A stretch of DNA of 62,383 nt, counting the filler, from Choristocarpus tenellus KU-1152 (lineage: Eukaryota > Protista > Phaeophyceae), in assembly GCA_964200185.2 (NCBI GenBank). It is 10 parts of 10 records of this genome, joined end to end, with 100 filler letters (N's around TTAATTAATTAA, not from the genome) between each part and the next. Parts side by side here need not be neighbours in the genome. Positions count along the whole stretch, not along the records: positions 36,991 to 47,206 come from CAXNAD020003069.1; positions 47,307 to 49,830 come from CAXNAD020027076.1; positions 49,931 to 55,352 come from CAXNAD020010834.1; 7 more parts are not named here. One strand, given 5' to 3'. The translations under genes were made by a program, and so were the position numbers. Every line of letters begins with the position of its first letter. Position 1 is the first letter of the stretch. Positions 40,236-52,900 of this stretch are shown in pieces. The notes beneath the pieces were generated by a model. It did not search any database. It saw nothing but the letters and a program-made list of their open reading frames with translations, and was not told the DNA's origin.

Positions 40236-40262
40236 CATTGGTCAGTCATCGTTAGACCAATG
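40236..40262. promoter_or_regulatory. Inverted CCAAT-box pair in the H3/H4 bidirectional promoter
   Basis: CATTGGTC (40236-40243) and GACCAATG (40255-40262) form a perfect 8-bp inverted repeat near the middle of the 347-bp intergenic region. Confidence 0.55.
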
Positions 40263-40391
40263 AGATACGAACATGTGATTATTGAAATACCTGTTCGATC
40301 TCATTTTAAATCATGACTGTACACCCATACGGCCGTTCCCTTCCATTTTCATTACACACCCTACCACAACCTATTACAAATAGAACACTAA

Positions 40392-40745
<354 letters not shown>

Positions 40746-40809
40746 GCTTACAGTCTCCCAAGTTGTTGAGGTTGTTCCAATTCTCATGTCGGAGCTGATC
40801 ACAAAGCCA

Positions 40810-40826
40810 GGTGTTTTTTTAACACC
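40810..40826 (+). promoter_or_regulatory. Histone mRNA 3' stem-loop (H4)
   Basis: GGTGTT-TTTTT-AACACC followed by ACCC, 64 nt after the H4 stop; the loop is 5 nt. Confidence 0.8.
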
Positions 40827-42552
40827 ACCCTTCAAAAAGGAGCCACTTCAACCAGCAGAGTTGAACATCAAAACCTTTTCTGTTGTGGGACGTTCGCATT
40901 TCATTTTTCCTTCAGAGAATGTAGGTGCTATCTTCAAGTGATTCCACTGTTAACGACTATTTGGAGGGCGTGTCCAGGAAAGAGATGGTACAATGGAATG
41001 TACAGGTTTCATATACCCTCTATTAAATTCATGTCTCCTGTGAGACCCATATGAAGCTTTTGTCATATTCTTGGAAACCCTTATCACAGTACACTGGCAG
41101 CGTTTTGACTTTTATCTTAGGAGCTGTCTTTATGCAGTGTACATCTTACTACTCTGCCGTTTTTTATGAGACGATCACACAGGAAGTTTTTGAGAAAAAA
41201 TGGCGCTAAAAATATAGATATTTATCACGACTTGTTCGCTAATGAACCTCAAACAAAAAGGATGTTGAACGATGTGGCAAAACCACTAAGCTGAAATATA
41301 GTTGCACGGCTGTGAGAGATTTTAGTGTGTTACTAACTGCTCAGAAAGCAATCTCATCCGTTTTGAATTGGAGACGCTGGGTCGGTGTGGGACAGGAGGG
41401 GTCAGATTGATTCGTGGGGTTCTCTTCTTTTTTCTCACCACAATAATAGTGTCAGTCTAAGGAGTTTCATTGCAGAGGTGGTTCTAGTAAAGCTTTCTCA
41501 TTTCTTAGTTCCAAACACTCTAGAACAGGACAACTCTTGTTGGTGCATATGGTAGAGACCTTTGCGATTTTGGTGTTGCATTCTTTGCCTGTGATCAAAC
41601 TAATTGAGATGTTGGTAGGTTTAAACCCTCTTGCATTCTAAGTATCATCTTTATTACCCCGTGCAATACACTCTTTCATTTTGCTTGTGTGGACAACAGT
41701 GTATGCAAGATTGGTACGTTCCCCCTTTCCTCACATAAAGTGATGCCACAATTTAGAAAAATGCTCTTTCTGCAGTAATACAAAATTGCATCTTTTGCCT
41801 TTTGTCGGGATCCTTGAAATAGAACCCTGTCTGCCTCTCACTTGATTTGGGTGGCAATCTCTGCAAAATGTTGCCAGTGCCTGACAGTTAGATGGAAAAA
41901 CTACCATGTAATGATACATAGTATGAATGAAGTCGTATTGCAGACATGGTATGTGCCAATACACAGTATAGCAAGTTGTGTTTCACAGGCTGAAATAACT
42001 CACACAGCATAAATGTCCTCCTCCCAAACGCTACCTGTCCTTTTGAATATTCGATGCATGCTACACCCCATTGGATAGGACCCCCCCCACTTGCACACAA
42101 ACCCTTGACAACCACAAATGGACCAACTCGTATGTTAAGTATAAAGAAGAAAAAAAAAGTAACACTCCTCGATTGACTCCATCAAGGCAGGCAAGAATCA
42201 AGGGATTAATCGCATGAATCTGTCAAGCCTTTCCTATCCTATGGACCTGGAGTCTCTAATTTGGAGCGCAAAACTCTTCTGGGTATGGCCACTTTAGCAA
42301 TGAAAGGAATAATCTGTCGTAAATACGATTTTACAGCTCTCTTTCTGCTCAGACCGTCCACAGCCCTACCTCCTACAATATGAGTTCCTATACATAATCG
42401 CCTATGATACCAGATTGTATCAAATACCGTATGGAAGGCCTCCTCTCTAGAGTTGTACTTGATGGACTATAGCAATATTTGACAGGACCTACTCTTCACG
42501 ATAAACCTAATGGTGACCACCCCCCACTCTGATTAATCTCTGGGAGGATTTC

Positions 42553-42811
42553 TAGTCAAAGTAAACGAGAGGTATCCAGGGTTGGACATTAAGGATGCGG
42601 ACAAAGATGCGATATAATATATTTTCTGAATTGTGTCGTATTTTTTTCAACCAATAGTAGAGAAATAAATACAACAAAAGAAATAAACGCTCTCAAGTCA
42701 AACTTTGAAATTCATCCATATAAATAAATAAGGGTGAATTGCGAAATAATGAAAAACAGACTAAAATGTAAAAATGTTCAAAACCTGGGTACCTCTCGTT
42801 TACTTTAGGTT
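42553..42811. mobile_element. MITE family C
   Basis: TIRs TAGTCAAAGTAAACGAGAGGTATCCAGG / CCTGGGTACCTCTCGTTTACTTTAGGTT; 3-bp TSD TTC. Confidence 0.8.
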
Positions 42812-43508
42812 TTCATTTCATCAAGTGTCCACATTGTTACGGTTCTGAACGGTTTTAGTTTTGATTCAGACCAGCTGAGAGGCAGTCAGGGTTGCATTTT
42901 AAGGATCCTGAGAAAGGGTATAATTATACTGTTTTTTTGTATATTAATTGCATAAAGAGTTGGTTGCCTTTGCTAAATTGTGGTGTTACTTTGTGTTTGG
43001 AGAGAGAGGGGAAATATCAATTCTGCTTGGGTTATTGTGTACATAGAGTAATGAAATAGGGTGCATTGGATAGGGTAAGAGAGATGTCTTCAAAATTCAA
43101 AATGGATGCAAATCCCCTTACTACCTACTATCATATCTCTCAATGAGTTTGACTATTTTTTCACAGTAGTATAGTGCACATAATGTAGTATGAGTTTTGT
43201 TGTCTCTACTTCAGTTTTGTATGTTGAGATACATGTGGCGCACGATTAGTGGTGAGAGGATGGAAACGCGCGGGTTATGTTCACATCCTTATCAGCAAAG
43301 ACGCCTTCTCTGTGGAAAACGTTTTGGGGCGTGAACCTGATCCGAAAGCTGTTTCCTCCACACTGGCTGTCACCTCACAAGCCTAAGCCTTCGTGGAGTT
43401 GTGAGGTGGACTAACCGGGGGTTCGGAATCCAAAGCTTTCCATTTCTTGGAGACTCGTTTGGAAGGGGCGTTAACGTTAATAGTTGGGACCAAACAACAA
43501 GCATCCTC

Positions 43509-45753
43509 ATGACGCATATACCAGAAAACCGTGTTCTTCCCAAGAAGGAGGCCGACTTGTTCAAGTCTATCGTTGTGAGTGCCAACTGCCGCGAAGCTAC
43601 TGATTCATCAACGGAGTTTGCTAGCATTAGTTGAAGCGTCGAGAAGGAGTATAAAGAGAATAAGTGTACATATGGAGGAGGAATTGTAGTGGACACCACT
43701 CCCTTACATTTGACAGAGATAGGATTTCCAATTTTCTTGCAACAGGCTGCACTAATCGGGGATTATTAGTGGTATCCCGTCATTGGTTGGACATCGTCGG
43801 CAGGCCCTCCTATGCGAATATCATCTGTTGCTCCCTGCCCATCTGTTCGATGACTACAACCACATTCCATTTGGAGTTGCGTGCGGCTATGGTGTACGTG
43901 CTTAATGGTTGACTTTCTCGAACTAGTGTCATCAATTGGCGGGTGTCTTGGGCACTGCCTTAACTCAATTGGTGGAACATTGCTGCTCCCTCCCGTGCAA
44001 CAGAAATTCTATGAGCGCAAGGAGTATAAGAAAGGATTGAAAGCGGCGGATGGGGTCCTCAAGAAGTTTCCCAACCATGGCGAGACGCTGGCCATGAAGG
44101 GGCTTACCCTAAACTTCGTTGACAAAAAGGAGGAGGCCCATGAACATGTAAAACGAGGCCTAAAGTTAGACATCTGCAGCCATGTGTGCTGGCACGTCTA
44201 TGGGCTCCTACATCGCACAGATCGCAACTACGGGACGGCCATCAAGTGCTACCTTAAGGCTCTGCACTTTGAGCCGGAAAACATGCAGATCCTCCGGGAT
44301 CTTGCCAACTTGCAGATCCAAATACGGGAAGTGAAGGTGAGTGCAATGCATGCCATACCATCGCTAATTGTGTGCGGTCGTCAGGACGGACTGCAAAATT
44401 CGAAGGCCACATGTCTATAAACATTCGTACATCATCCTCGATGGCATATTTTCAGACTGTATGGTAGATTTTCCTGCAAGAAGCACGGAGATAGTGGTGA
44501 ATGTGAAGAGGATGTCACCTGCTCTTGAATCCTTGCAACATTACAGCAGGAGGTCCAAATTGGGGACCTGGGCGGGGGATAGATGATCCTTATACCAGGG
44601 ACAAGAAAAATGAAAAATGCCGCATGTCGATGCTAGGGTGTTCACCATGCTTTTCAATTGTGTGCATTGGAGTACAATATGTTGACATATGTGCTTACCT
44701 TTCATGCCCTCCTTAGGCTACTTCTTGTGTTGCATCGCCTTGCATGTCTATCATATGCATTGTCCAACTGGCATACACCCCTTTGGATGATTTGTTTCCT
44801 TGCCATCTGTTTATTTGGGAGGGTGTTTACAATTCCATGAGAGGACCTCTTGCTCCTCCCCTCCCCCCTGCTTCCGGCTTAAGCCAAACTACTATCAACG
44901 CCAGCTCCTCTGTCCCGATGCTGCAATGACATTGGTGTCTTGCTAGCATGTCTTCGCACTGGTGTAACATTTTCTTCAGGCAGTTACAAACTGTAACTGA
45001 AAGTATGGAAAATAAAGAAAACTATCTAGTAGTATCGATCCGTTGATACCCTTGGTTACCAATAAACCCTTACACTCTGTGTGCGTGAATGGATGAATGA
45101 TAAGGGGTTTGTTGAGACTCGACGGAAGATTCTGGGTCTAAAGTCCAACCTCCAGGCCAATTGGATGGCCTACGCAATGGCAAACCATGCTGCAGGAAAC
45201 AAGGAGACAGCAGTTGAGGCCATTGATGCCTTCATCAAAACTCTCAGGGTAAGTAGTATTGCAGCTGCAGCCCACATCTCTTGCAGTGGCCAACTGCATG
45301 TTGCTCTGGGTGTCCCTGGGCAGTGAGGCGGAAGTGATTGAAATTGTTGGGAAGTGACTGTGTTGGTGAGATGAGGGGGAGGGGGGGGATTATGGAAATT
45401 ACTGCCTGTTGATGTTCCCTGGATCCGGATATGTTTACATTGCTGTTGATGAGCAGGGTTGGGCATGTGATGTTTGGTATTTGTGTCAGTATACAAGGTA
45501 CAATGCGATCCCCTGCATGACCAGGTATCCATGTTGCCTCTCCTGTTGGACTATCTGTTGTTCTTTTCCAATACATGTGTGTACGTGCGTGTATACATGC
45601 GTGCGTGCGTGAACGCACGTGCAGGGGGAAAAGAAGGAAAGGCCAGATGATAGGTTTTCACACAGTGAACTGATGATGTACAAGAACCAAGCCCTCAGCG
45701 AAGCGGGTATGCTGGAGGAAGCACTGGCGCATCTTGAAGAGTGCAAGGATGAC
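43509..45753 (+). CDS. NAA15: N-alpha-acetyltransferase 15, NatA auxiliary subunit; exons 1-4 only (43509-43574, 44004-44336, 45105-45248, 45625-45753)
   Basis: In-phase GT-AG exons give [59 protein letters not shown]...[18 protein letters not shown]...IKCY...[26 protein letters not shown]...[12 protein letters not shown], the hallmark N-terminal TPR region of NAA15/Nat1. The remainder was not found before the spacer at 47207. Confidence 0.93.
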
Positions 45754-45876
45754 GTGAGTTCCTCCCTCGAGGGTTCGTTCAGTTGTGCTTTAGGGTTTTA
45801 TGTGTATAGTTTGTAGCGTTTTGAATCACAGTGATTACTTAAAAAAAAAAACGAAAAAGGAGGGGGTAGTGTCTTT

Positions 45877-46125
45877 GATCGGTCAGCTCTGCCGGCAATG
45901 TATACAGTCAATTTTATTAGGGGTTAGGGTTAGGGTTAAGGGTTAAGGGTTAAAGTCGGTTGAGTTAGCTGCTCTATTAGTGCTCTGGCGCGTACGTTTT
46001 GATTAAAATTTAGAGCATGAACATTTTTTCGTCCAGATTTGTTTGCAGTCGCTGTAAATGCTCTCAGCTGTGATTGGTCGTATTGGTAAGGATATCATTG
46101 ATTCTGCCCGATAGAGCTCTAATAC
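45877..46125. mobile_element. Putative non-autonomous Helentron-like element carrying TTAGGG repeats
   Basis: Bounded by TT on both sides (TT|GATC...AATAC|TT); imperfect subterminal inverted repeats AGCTCTGCCGGCA / TGCCCGATAGAGCT; internal TTAGGG/TTAAGGG array at ~45917-45952. Confidence 0.35.
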
Positions 46126-47125
46126 TTGAAGTGTGAGGCACAGTCAGGTACTGAAGTGAGGACCACGAGTTGGGGGAGGGGGGGGGCAACCAAGGCATCA
46201 AAAATTGGATTGGCTAGCTCGTGCGTATTGGTCGTATTGTTAGAAAAGAAAATGAAATCTGGCATTTTGTGTTTTTTTTTTCAAGGAACAATAATTAAAA
46301 AAATTATATTATTGATGTGAAAAAAACAAGAAGTGAGGTTTTGATTCTACTAGATTTTATTTTTATTTAACCGAGAAGGATTGACATTCAAAATGTAAAA
46401 AGTTCAATCCAATGATATATATTTTTTATTTAACAAAAATAATCGACTTTGTAAGGAAAGAGAACGGACGGAAAAAAAGATTTGATCCGACTGGGGTTGA
46501 AATACCGATCTGAGAGGGTTAGATTTTAGATTTGCGGGAGTTAGAGTCTATCAAACTGTTTCTTTTTTTTTATGGGCAGGTGCTGTAAGATACTATTTAT
46601 AGTGATGGTGGTTGAAGTTGTATTTGTTGGAGTCGAGAGGGTGTTTATTCGGTGCAGTAAGATATATGTATATACTATACTATACAATACTATAATATAG
46701 AGAGGCCTTGAGCAGTTGATAATAAAATAAAAATTATCTGCACCACTATTATTATTATTATTATTATACATGAACTTTATTATTGCGTTGCATAATTGTA
46801 GTGTGGTTGGCAAGTGGTACAACTCTGTCCCCTCCCTCCCCTTTTAAATCAAGTGATTGAGAGAGGAACCGGGGAGTTTGTGTGATCTGACGCTGCTGCT
46901 ACTACTACTATTATTACTATCTATTTTTTTGTAGCATTTTTTTTTAAATTCTTTGTTCCAGGTCTCCCTGAAGGTGTTACCCTCCCCTCCCGGCGGAACG
47001 AACACGACTATCACCTTTGGATAAACCTCGTAGAGCAAAGGATGCAGGGGTGTTCTTAGTACATGGGTGGCATTATCCCACTGTCTTTTATTCTGTGCCT
47101 GCCATTTCTGTCTCTTCCGTGCTAT

Positions 47126-47162
<37 letters not shown>

Positions 47163-47945
47163 CTCCCCCCCCCCCCCCCCCTCCTTGGGGTTTTGTTGGT
47201 GGGGAGNNNNNNNNNNNNNNNNNNNNNNNNNNNNNNNNNNNNNNNNNNNNTTAATTAATTAANNNNNNNNNNNNNNNNNNNNNNNNNNNNNNNNNNNNNN
47301 NNNNNNGGGGGGGGGGGGGGCAGGAAGCGCACTTGCAGTTGAAGCTGGTGGTGGTGGAACTGGCTGGTAGGCATGAGCCCAACACGGTTTGGGTGAGTTT
47401 GCTTTTTTGAAAGTAGGGTTGTGATTTGTGACACAAGTTTGTGATAAGTTTTTGTGGTATTGAAATAAGGGCAGTGTTACTTGAGAGAGAGTATAGTATG
47501 GCAATCCTTACTTCTTAATTTAATTCAAAGGATGGTCTAAGAAAAAGGAATGAAATTATTGTCACATTGTGTTGTGATTTCTTCAATATTGTTGCTCTTG
47601 CTTGTTGTTGAGGAAGGATGGTATGGTGGAACAACGCCCAAATAGAACATAGAGCATAGCCGTACTACTGTTCACCCAGGTGCCCCACCCTCAAAAAATA
47701 TATCAGAGTGGTGGTTTGTGTTCTTATGGTTTTATTGCTATCCCTAACCCTACATACATTGTGCTGATAAAAAAAAAATGTACGTTTGTTGCCTCTTTCG
47801 ACTGTTTTAGGATACTATGTACCTTACGAGGTTGTCCAAACATGATACGTTTTTTTTTTAAGTTAGACGAGCAGTGCAGAGGAAATAGTGTGTGATCTGA
47901 TCTCAATACAACTTTGCATTTATTTATTTTTCCCCTGTGGTGAAG

Positions 47946-48110
47946 CGACTCGACATGGAAAAATTCAGTCACCTTGCAGAATTCAGAAAGACATTGGTTC
48001 TGAGGCATCTGCGAAGCCTGGTTGTGGCATACGATAACCTGTCTGAGGAGAGTAAGCGAGGTCTAACCACTGCCTTAGAGATCATCAAGAACAGGGAGGT
48101 CCTCAATAAG
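47946..48110 (+). CDS. Isolated helical exon of an unknown gene
   Basis: RLDMEKFSHLAEFRKTLVLRHLRSLVVAYDNLSEESKRGLTTALEIIKNREVLNK lies between a pyrimidine tract/AAG acceptor and an AAG|GTG donor. Confidence 0.35.
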
Positions 48111-49930
48111 GTGAAGGCAGGCGTCTATTTTTGTAGTGATGAGTGCTTGTCCCTAACCCTAAGCAGTATGTTGCATGTGTGTTGTATGATATGTATATTG
48201 TAGAGTGAAAGTAATCAGGAATGGGAGCTGGATTTGATCGGGTTGGGTTAGGTGAATGAATATGTGATTTGGGAGATTATGTTTAGAGTAGTTTAGAGTG
48301 TGTTAGGGTTGGAGTTAGGGTTAGGGTTAGAGTACTTTCTATCCATGCTAATATATTCATGATGAGTGAGTCTGCCCCCCAAAGGTTGTTGGTAGGAGGC
48401 TATTTATTACTTGAGAGTGGTTGGCTAGAGGTGTGGTACTATTGTCACCCCTTTGGTGTTTGTGTGTGTGTGTGTTTCTTACTTTATCATTTCCTCTGAC
48501 CAATCACAATGTAGAATTCACAATCTGTGACAAGTGCATAGCTTAGTGCTGCAAGGAAGAGACTTTAGCTAACCATGGAGCCATAGATCACATCCAAATT
48601 TATTGGGAGTGTGTTGTGTTTACCTGCACACAAGGAACACCTTGATCGGATGAGTGTCTTGACTTTTTTTTGTTTCCTCAACCCTGACCCTAACCCTATC
48701 CTTTTGAGAAGTTATAAAACAAGCAGAATATTGGGTTACACAATCAGAGCAGCCTGAATAGTTGGGGGGGGGGGGGTTTTTTTTTTTTTTTTTGGTAGTA
48801 CCTACGGGGGGAAGCTTTATGGGTTAGATTGTGTGGACGGAGTTNNNNNNNNNNCCAGAGCGGCCGGAATAGTTGGGGGGGGGGGGTCTTTCTTTTCTTA
48901 TGTGGTAGTACCTACTGGGTGAAGCTGTAGTGGTTAGAATGAGTAGCAGGAGCTAACTAACTTTCTAAGTAATCAAAGTTGAACTCTCTGCTTCATTTTT
49001 CTTTTTTACAGTGCTGGTTTTTGTAAATACTGTCCTCCTCAATCCTTGGTAACATTGGTTAATCCAATTGTTGTCTAACTTGTTGAAAACTTTCTTTTTG
49101 TTTCAAGATGGGTCTCCACTGCATCAAGACTGAGAGGCATGAGGAGCACCGAAATAGGCTACGAATGTCTAATGTCAACAAGAAAGTTCATGTTGGGACA
49201 CGAGGACCGTGTGGTGAGAAGCTGAGATGGGTTCAGTAGTGCATTTCACAGACCAGCTCCTTACTTGGTTGACATCTCTGTCAGGACTTGCTGGGAACAA
49301 ATGTTTTTCAGTTTTGTAGTCTGAATTACTTCCAATCCTCTGAATTTGTTGTGTGTGTTGTGTGTGTTAAATGCTGCATGCCTCTTGGGTTAGGGTTTGG
49401 GTTAGGTGAATTCATAAGTGATCTTTTATCCCCAATCTTTCCATACAAACAAAATTTAAAAAAGTGTGCTCTTGATGCAGGCAAGACTAAGAGTGCAGAG
49501 TGCTGTAGTAGTATTCCTAGTTAGACCCCGCCCTTGAGTGCACTCCCTTGTTTTTGTTTGTTTTTTAACATCCTCAAAATGTCTTTTGGCCACCCTTAAC
49601 CTCTTAGTTCACCCATACTTGTGTTTAACTTTTGTTAACTTTGTGTTCACTTTCCTTCCGTTTAAATACACTCCATTCTGATTTTTTTTTTTAATCTTAG
49701 CCGGAACACCACGTTCATCAAAGAAGACGCTGCCTGCAAGACCCAGCCGTTCTGCTGGGCAGGGGGGGAGGAGCCCGTACCGATCTCCAGTCCGGGGGGA
49801 AGGTGGTGTGCATCGTCCCCACAATAGGTCNNNNNNNNNNNNNNNNNNNNNNNNNNNNNNNNNNNNNNNNNNNNTTAATTAATTAANNNNNNNNNNNNNN
49901 NNNNNNNNNNNNNNNNNNNNNNNNNNNNNN

Positions 49931-52900
49931 GCCTGAGGCTGGTACTGGTGCCAGGGTTAAGTGTCCACAGATCTGGGGGGGGGGAAAGGATGGCTCCAGG
50001 AGTGTGGGGGTGATATCTATTCCAGTTCCTGCAAGACCGCTGTTGCAGCACTTGGTAGGGAGGGGCAAGCACCAACAACAAAAAGTGGGGGGCTCAAAAA
50101 CAAGTGGCAGGACCGGAGGGCTGGAGAGAGTGACCACCAGAGGGGCTGGGTCTCGACAGATGGCACAGTCTATGCTGCGCGTGAGGAGAGGGTTTGGGGC
50201 AGCAGATTTGATGGTTGGTGAGACAGCACTGCTGGAAGAAATGGTGTGTGCTGTTCACGTGAGCGATGCCTGTGTGCAGCGCTGGATGGATGCGTCTGTG
50301 GAGTTTCTGCTTGTGGATGGGAAGTCCAAGGGAGCTGGAGCTAAAGGGGGAGAGGGACAAAAGGGGCTACAGGGAAGGGAGATTCGGTCTGGGAGTCAAC
50401 GTTTGGTTACCCAGGATGAGGGATGGGGCTTGGATCGGAAACAGGGTCCTCTAGGATTAGGTCACCACCGGGGAAGTGAGGCCCCCACCGTGGATCCTGG
50501 GGATCAGGTTGTAGGTGTGGCAAGACTGCAGCTTCGAGATGTGATTCTTTCACCTGAACTGGGAGTAGTGTCCACCCTGGACCTCACTGAGGTTTTGGAC
50601 TTCTGGGACGTTGAGGATGCTCGTACAGCTGCTGGGATGGGGGGAAGGGAAGGGCACAGAGGACGCAGTGGGCGCTCTCTTCGCAACCCTCGTAGACGCC
50701 GGAGACAGGTGTCGAGAGGATCAGTAGGGGGTGAATCAGCGTCTGGTGACCACGACCGCCCTCTAATTCTTGGAGACAGGGCAATTGGGGCGCTGACTGT
50801 CAGCCTTGAGCTTGTCCCTGCAGAGGGTGACAGTTGGACCCCTAATACCTCAGCTGCGACAGAGGATGAACACTATTCTGTGCCTGCTGTGGTGGAGGTG
50901 TTAAGAGATTGTGGAGGGAGGAATCAGCGAGGCTTAGGTCAGCATGCAACCATAGAGAACCGCCAGGAGCCTGGAGAGGTATCTCAACATGTTGGGTTTG
51001 AGACAAGACCGGTTGGGACAGCCACTGGGACGGGGGGTATGATTCCTACCCTGGATTCCACACGGCAATTTTGGTCCCATCAGTCAGGTGCTGAGGTCAT
51101 CCTTGCTTCCGTGCCTAGTCATGATAAGAGTGCTGGGGGTGCACAAGTGGATTTAGGTGGAACCCAAAGACATAAAGGTGATGCCTCAGACCTTTCTGTC
51201 ATACAAGAGGTCAAGGGTGGGGTGAGTTCTGGGGACAGGGGGGCGTTTGGGAGTAGGTTGGTGGATGCGCCGAGAGCAGTAGAGCAGGGAGAGGATTTGA
51301 TGGGATTGTTGAGGGAGGCAAGGGAGGTAATGTCATGCGAGGTGGTGGTGGGGTTGGAGTGTGCTGTTATAACTTCTGGAGGGACTTCGCTTGAGGGCGT
51401 GAAGGTGGCCTACTCTTGCAACCAGGTATGTAGAAGGAGAGTTACGATAGCAACATTGACATCCTACGTGGGGATGGATTGTTTTCTTTGTTATTATTAT
51501 TTTTCATGACATGAGAGAGGATTGGGGGAAGTACGCACCCTTGCTTTACTCTTGCTTTCAGATGCAAGTTGAATCATTGCATCCGAGCACTTGGCTTCTC
51601 AATGCTAAATGGCCACTTCCTCTTTCTATTCTTCTTCTTAGTGTTATGGACTATATATATTGCTCTGGTGGGTGGGGGTCATAGCAATGAAATGGGAAGT
51701 GTCCAGTTGATGTGCACAGGGGTGGCATTGTTTATTGTCAAGTCTAACATGTCACATCACCACCACCACTGTTGCCATTCCCCTCACCCTCACCCTCTTG
51801 CCCTTGCTCCCTTGCCTTGTCCTTTGAACCATTTTACCTTGGTGGCAGGGCTAATCTTGTACACTCCTTTTGCCATATATGTGTTGCTCAAATATCTTAA
51901 TGTACCCTACCACCCTCTCTATTCCTACCTTTTGCCTCCATCACTCTTTGTCCATAAGTTAGAACCGTCACAATGCCTTCCTTCAACCATAAGGAAATTG
52001 CTTTGTAATCTGGAATTTGCATCCCTCCTCTCTCCAGCAGGCTGCATACTCTGTCTGCATTTGGTATGTGTATTGCTTTCTATCAGGAATAGCAAGCTAC
52101 AATTGTTTCACTGTCACTCATTCTGAAAAATCTAATGCACTCCCCCCTTCCCCCCCCCCACAAACTTCAACCTCCATGCCCTGCTAGTCCCCTGCTCTGG
52201 GGTGTAGCCCTGGAGCGGGTAATGAAGTACCTCTGATGAGACAATCACATGAGCCCATAAAACAATGCGACTGCTTAGGTTGCTCAGTTTGAACTGGTTG
52301 ATACAAGGACAAGTTTGAGCGAGCACATTTTGCTTGAGTAGAGGTTCCCCAAACTGCAAACACAAGATGACAACGCAAAGCTCTTCCTGTCAGAAGGGCA
52401 GAATGGGGTGTCAGACCTCCTCACCTGGGCGAAGAATGAAAGGGCGGAAGCTCTGTCTGGTAAATGCCCAGTTCCACCTACACCCTCTCCGATATTGTAG
52501 AAGGAATCGAAAAGAGAGGGATGCCGACATACATACAGTTACTGCCTGTTCTCTATTTTTACCTCCCTTGTCCCCCCCTTCCCTGCCTTCTGCTCCTGCA
52601 TTCACAGGGATTGGTCCATCCTTCTGATCGTGTTGTGCAGCATTCTGCACGTGGTAAACCTATCCTTCAGAGGTCCCTACCATCAGTGGAAGGAACAGGG
52701 GGAGCAGTGGCCCTCCCGTCATCCGCCAGGAGCTTTGCTCTGAAGCATCAGATAGTTACACCTGCAGCCGTTACTCAAGAAGTGCTGCACATGTGGGAAG
52801 ACGCCATCCAGGTTTTTGAGGTGTGGGGCCTGCCCACAAGCTGCGAGTTAAGCTTTGAGACTGAGAAGGAAGGGGTGGGGACGGCGGGGACAGCGCCAGG

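Noticed and set aside
46470-46525. Possible tRNA-like or SINE fragment on the minus strand ending in a T run
   Set aside because: The B-box is degenerate and I could not fold a cloverleaf or find an A-box.
46960-47060. Possible next NAA15 exon after TTCCAG
   Set aside because: No frame resembles the expected continuation of NAA15.
48745-48945. Direct repeat of ~90 bp on either side of the 10-N gap at 48845-48854
   Set aside because: The left copy looks like a degraded read-through of the right copy, typical of unmerged overlapping contig ends.
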